A stretch of 63,867 nt of DNA, the filler included, from Octopus bimaculoides (taxonomy: Eukaryota): NCBI RefSeq assembly GCF_001194135.2. It is 5 parts of 5 records of this genome, joined end to end, with 100 filler letters (N's around TTAATTAATTAA, not from the genome) between each part and the next. Parts side by side here need not be neighbours in the genome. Positions count along the whole stretch, not along the records: positions 53,385 to 63,867 come from NC_068985.1; 4 more parts are not named here. One strand, given 5' to 3'. A model generated the notes under the pieces. The model worked only from the letters and a program-made list of their open reading frames with translations, made no database searches and was not told the DNA's origin. Positions 63,140 to 63,867 of the stretch are shown here, in pieces. Position 1 is the first letter of the stretch. Each line of letters opens with the position of its first letter. A program made the position numbers and the translations under genes.

Positions 63140-63867
63140 AGCTAAAAGTGACTGGACACTAGAGAATAAACTGAATCGTTTACCAGACTTGTCGCATTCG
63201 AAGTTACTTTCCTGCTCTGTCAGCACTGTTTAAGATTTATAAAGAATTAATATTCATATAAATTTTAATTAATCGTAATTAATAATAAATGTGTGCTTCT
63301 GACTGCAAACGATCGTATGGCGATTACTGAGTGTGATTTGATTGTTACAGGTGGAAGTCTCTTCCATTATTTATGTCATTATCTATTCATAAAAATTTAA
63401 TTGCTATGACGCAAAACATGAAATCAAGCTTATAAACTGCCATAAGGACTATTAAACAACATGCTCCTTCTTTGTTATAGATTATACGCCATTTCTTTTG
63501 AGCTATAAATATAACATATCGTTAAAAACTACCGATGTGGAAAAGGGCTCGGATGTGTTACCTTAATTTCCACAACTGTGTTAAGTACGTGGCTTCCTGG
63601 ACAGATTTACTTTTTACTACATCTCGAATCCACAGTAAACTTATGCAAATTTGAAAAACAAATCTCAGACTAAAGTTTAATTATAATTTACGAATAACTA
63701 TAAGTAACGTGGTTCTATTATGCATGTTTGTTATCCTTATTTGGTAATTTCTTTTTGAAGGCAATTTTCTTCATGTGTATATCTTTTTGATGTGTAAAAT
63801 CGATGCTTGTGCATCAACACAGAAAGTAAAAACACATAAAAGACGGAACAAACGAAACCTTAGCACA

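Overview
This is a repeat-dense, AT-rich, gapped eukaryotic scaffold, most likely from a cephalopod (octopus-type tRNA-derived SINE families; organism assignment is inference). I found no intact protein-coding gene, rRNA, true tRNA, CRISPR array or prokaryotic system. Most entries in the ORF track come from microsatellites or N-gaps. Manual translation across stops and frameshifts shows many decayed mobile elements: a Helitron (with its CTAG 3' end), L1/Tx1, CR1, two RTE fragments, three fragments of an RLE-encoding (R4/Dong-like) retrotransposon, Penelope-like GIY-YIG relics, a Ty3/Gypsy pol relic, a near-full-length DD37D (maT) transposase relic, a pogo/Tc2 relic, a mariner-type MITE, and more than 25 SINE copies from about four families. 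Items most worth follow-up: (1) a minimal type-I hammerhead ribozyme motif with a long branched stem II on the minus strand at about 54810-54910; (2) a SINE head cut off by an ETS/palindrome/YY1 promoter-like insert at 45979, with a SINE body resuming at the matching base after a gap at 48426; (3) a candidate terminal exon encoding a GPI-anchor-like C-terminus (61769-61917) and a candidate signal-peptide exon (27916-28051); (4) composite tandem units with microsatellite spacers. The sequence alone does not establish a novel biological system; these are hypotheses to test.
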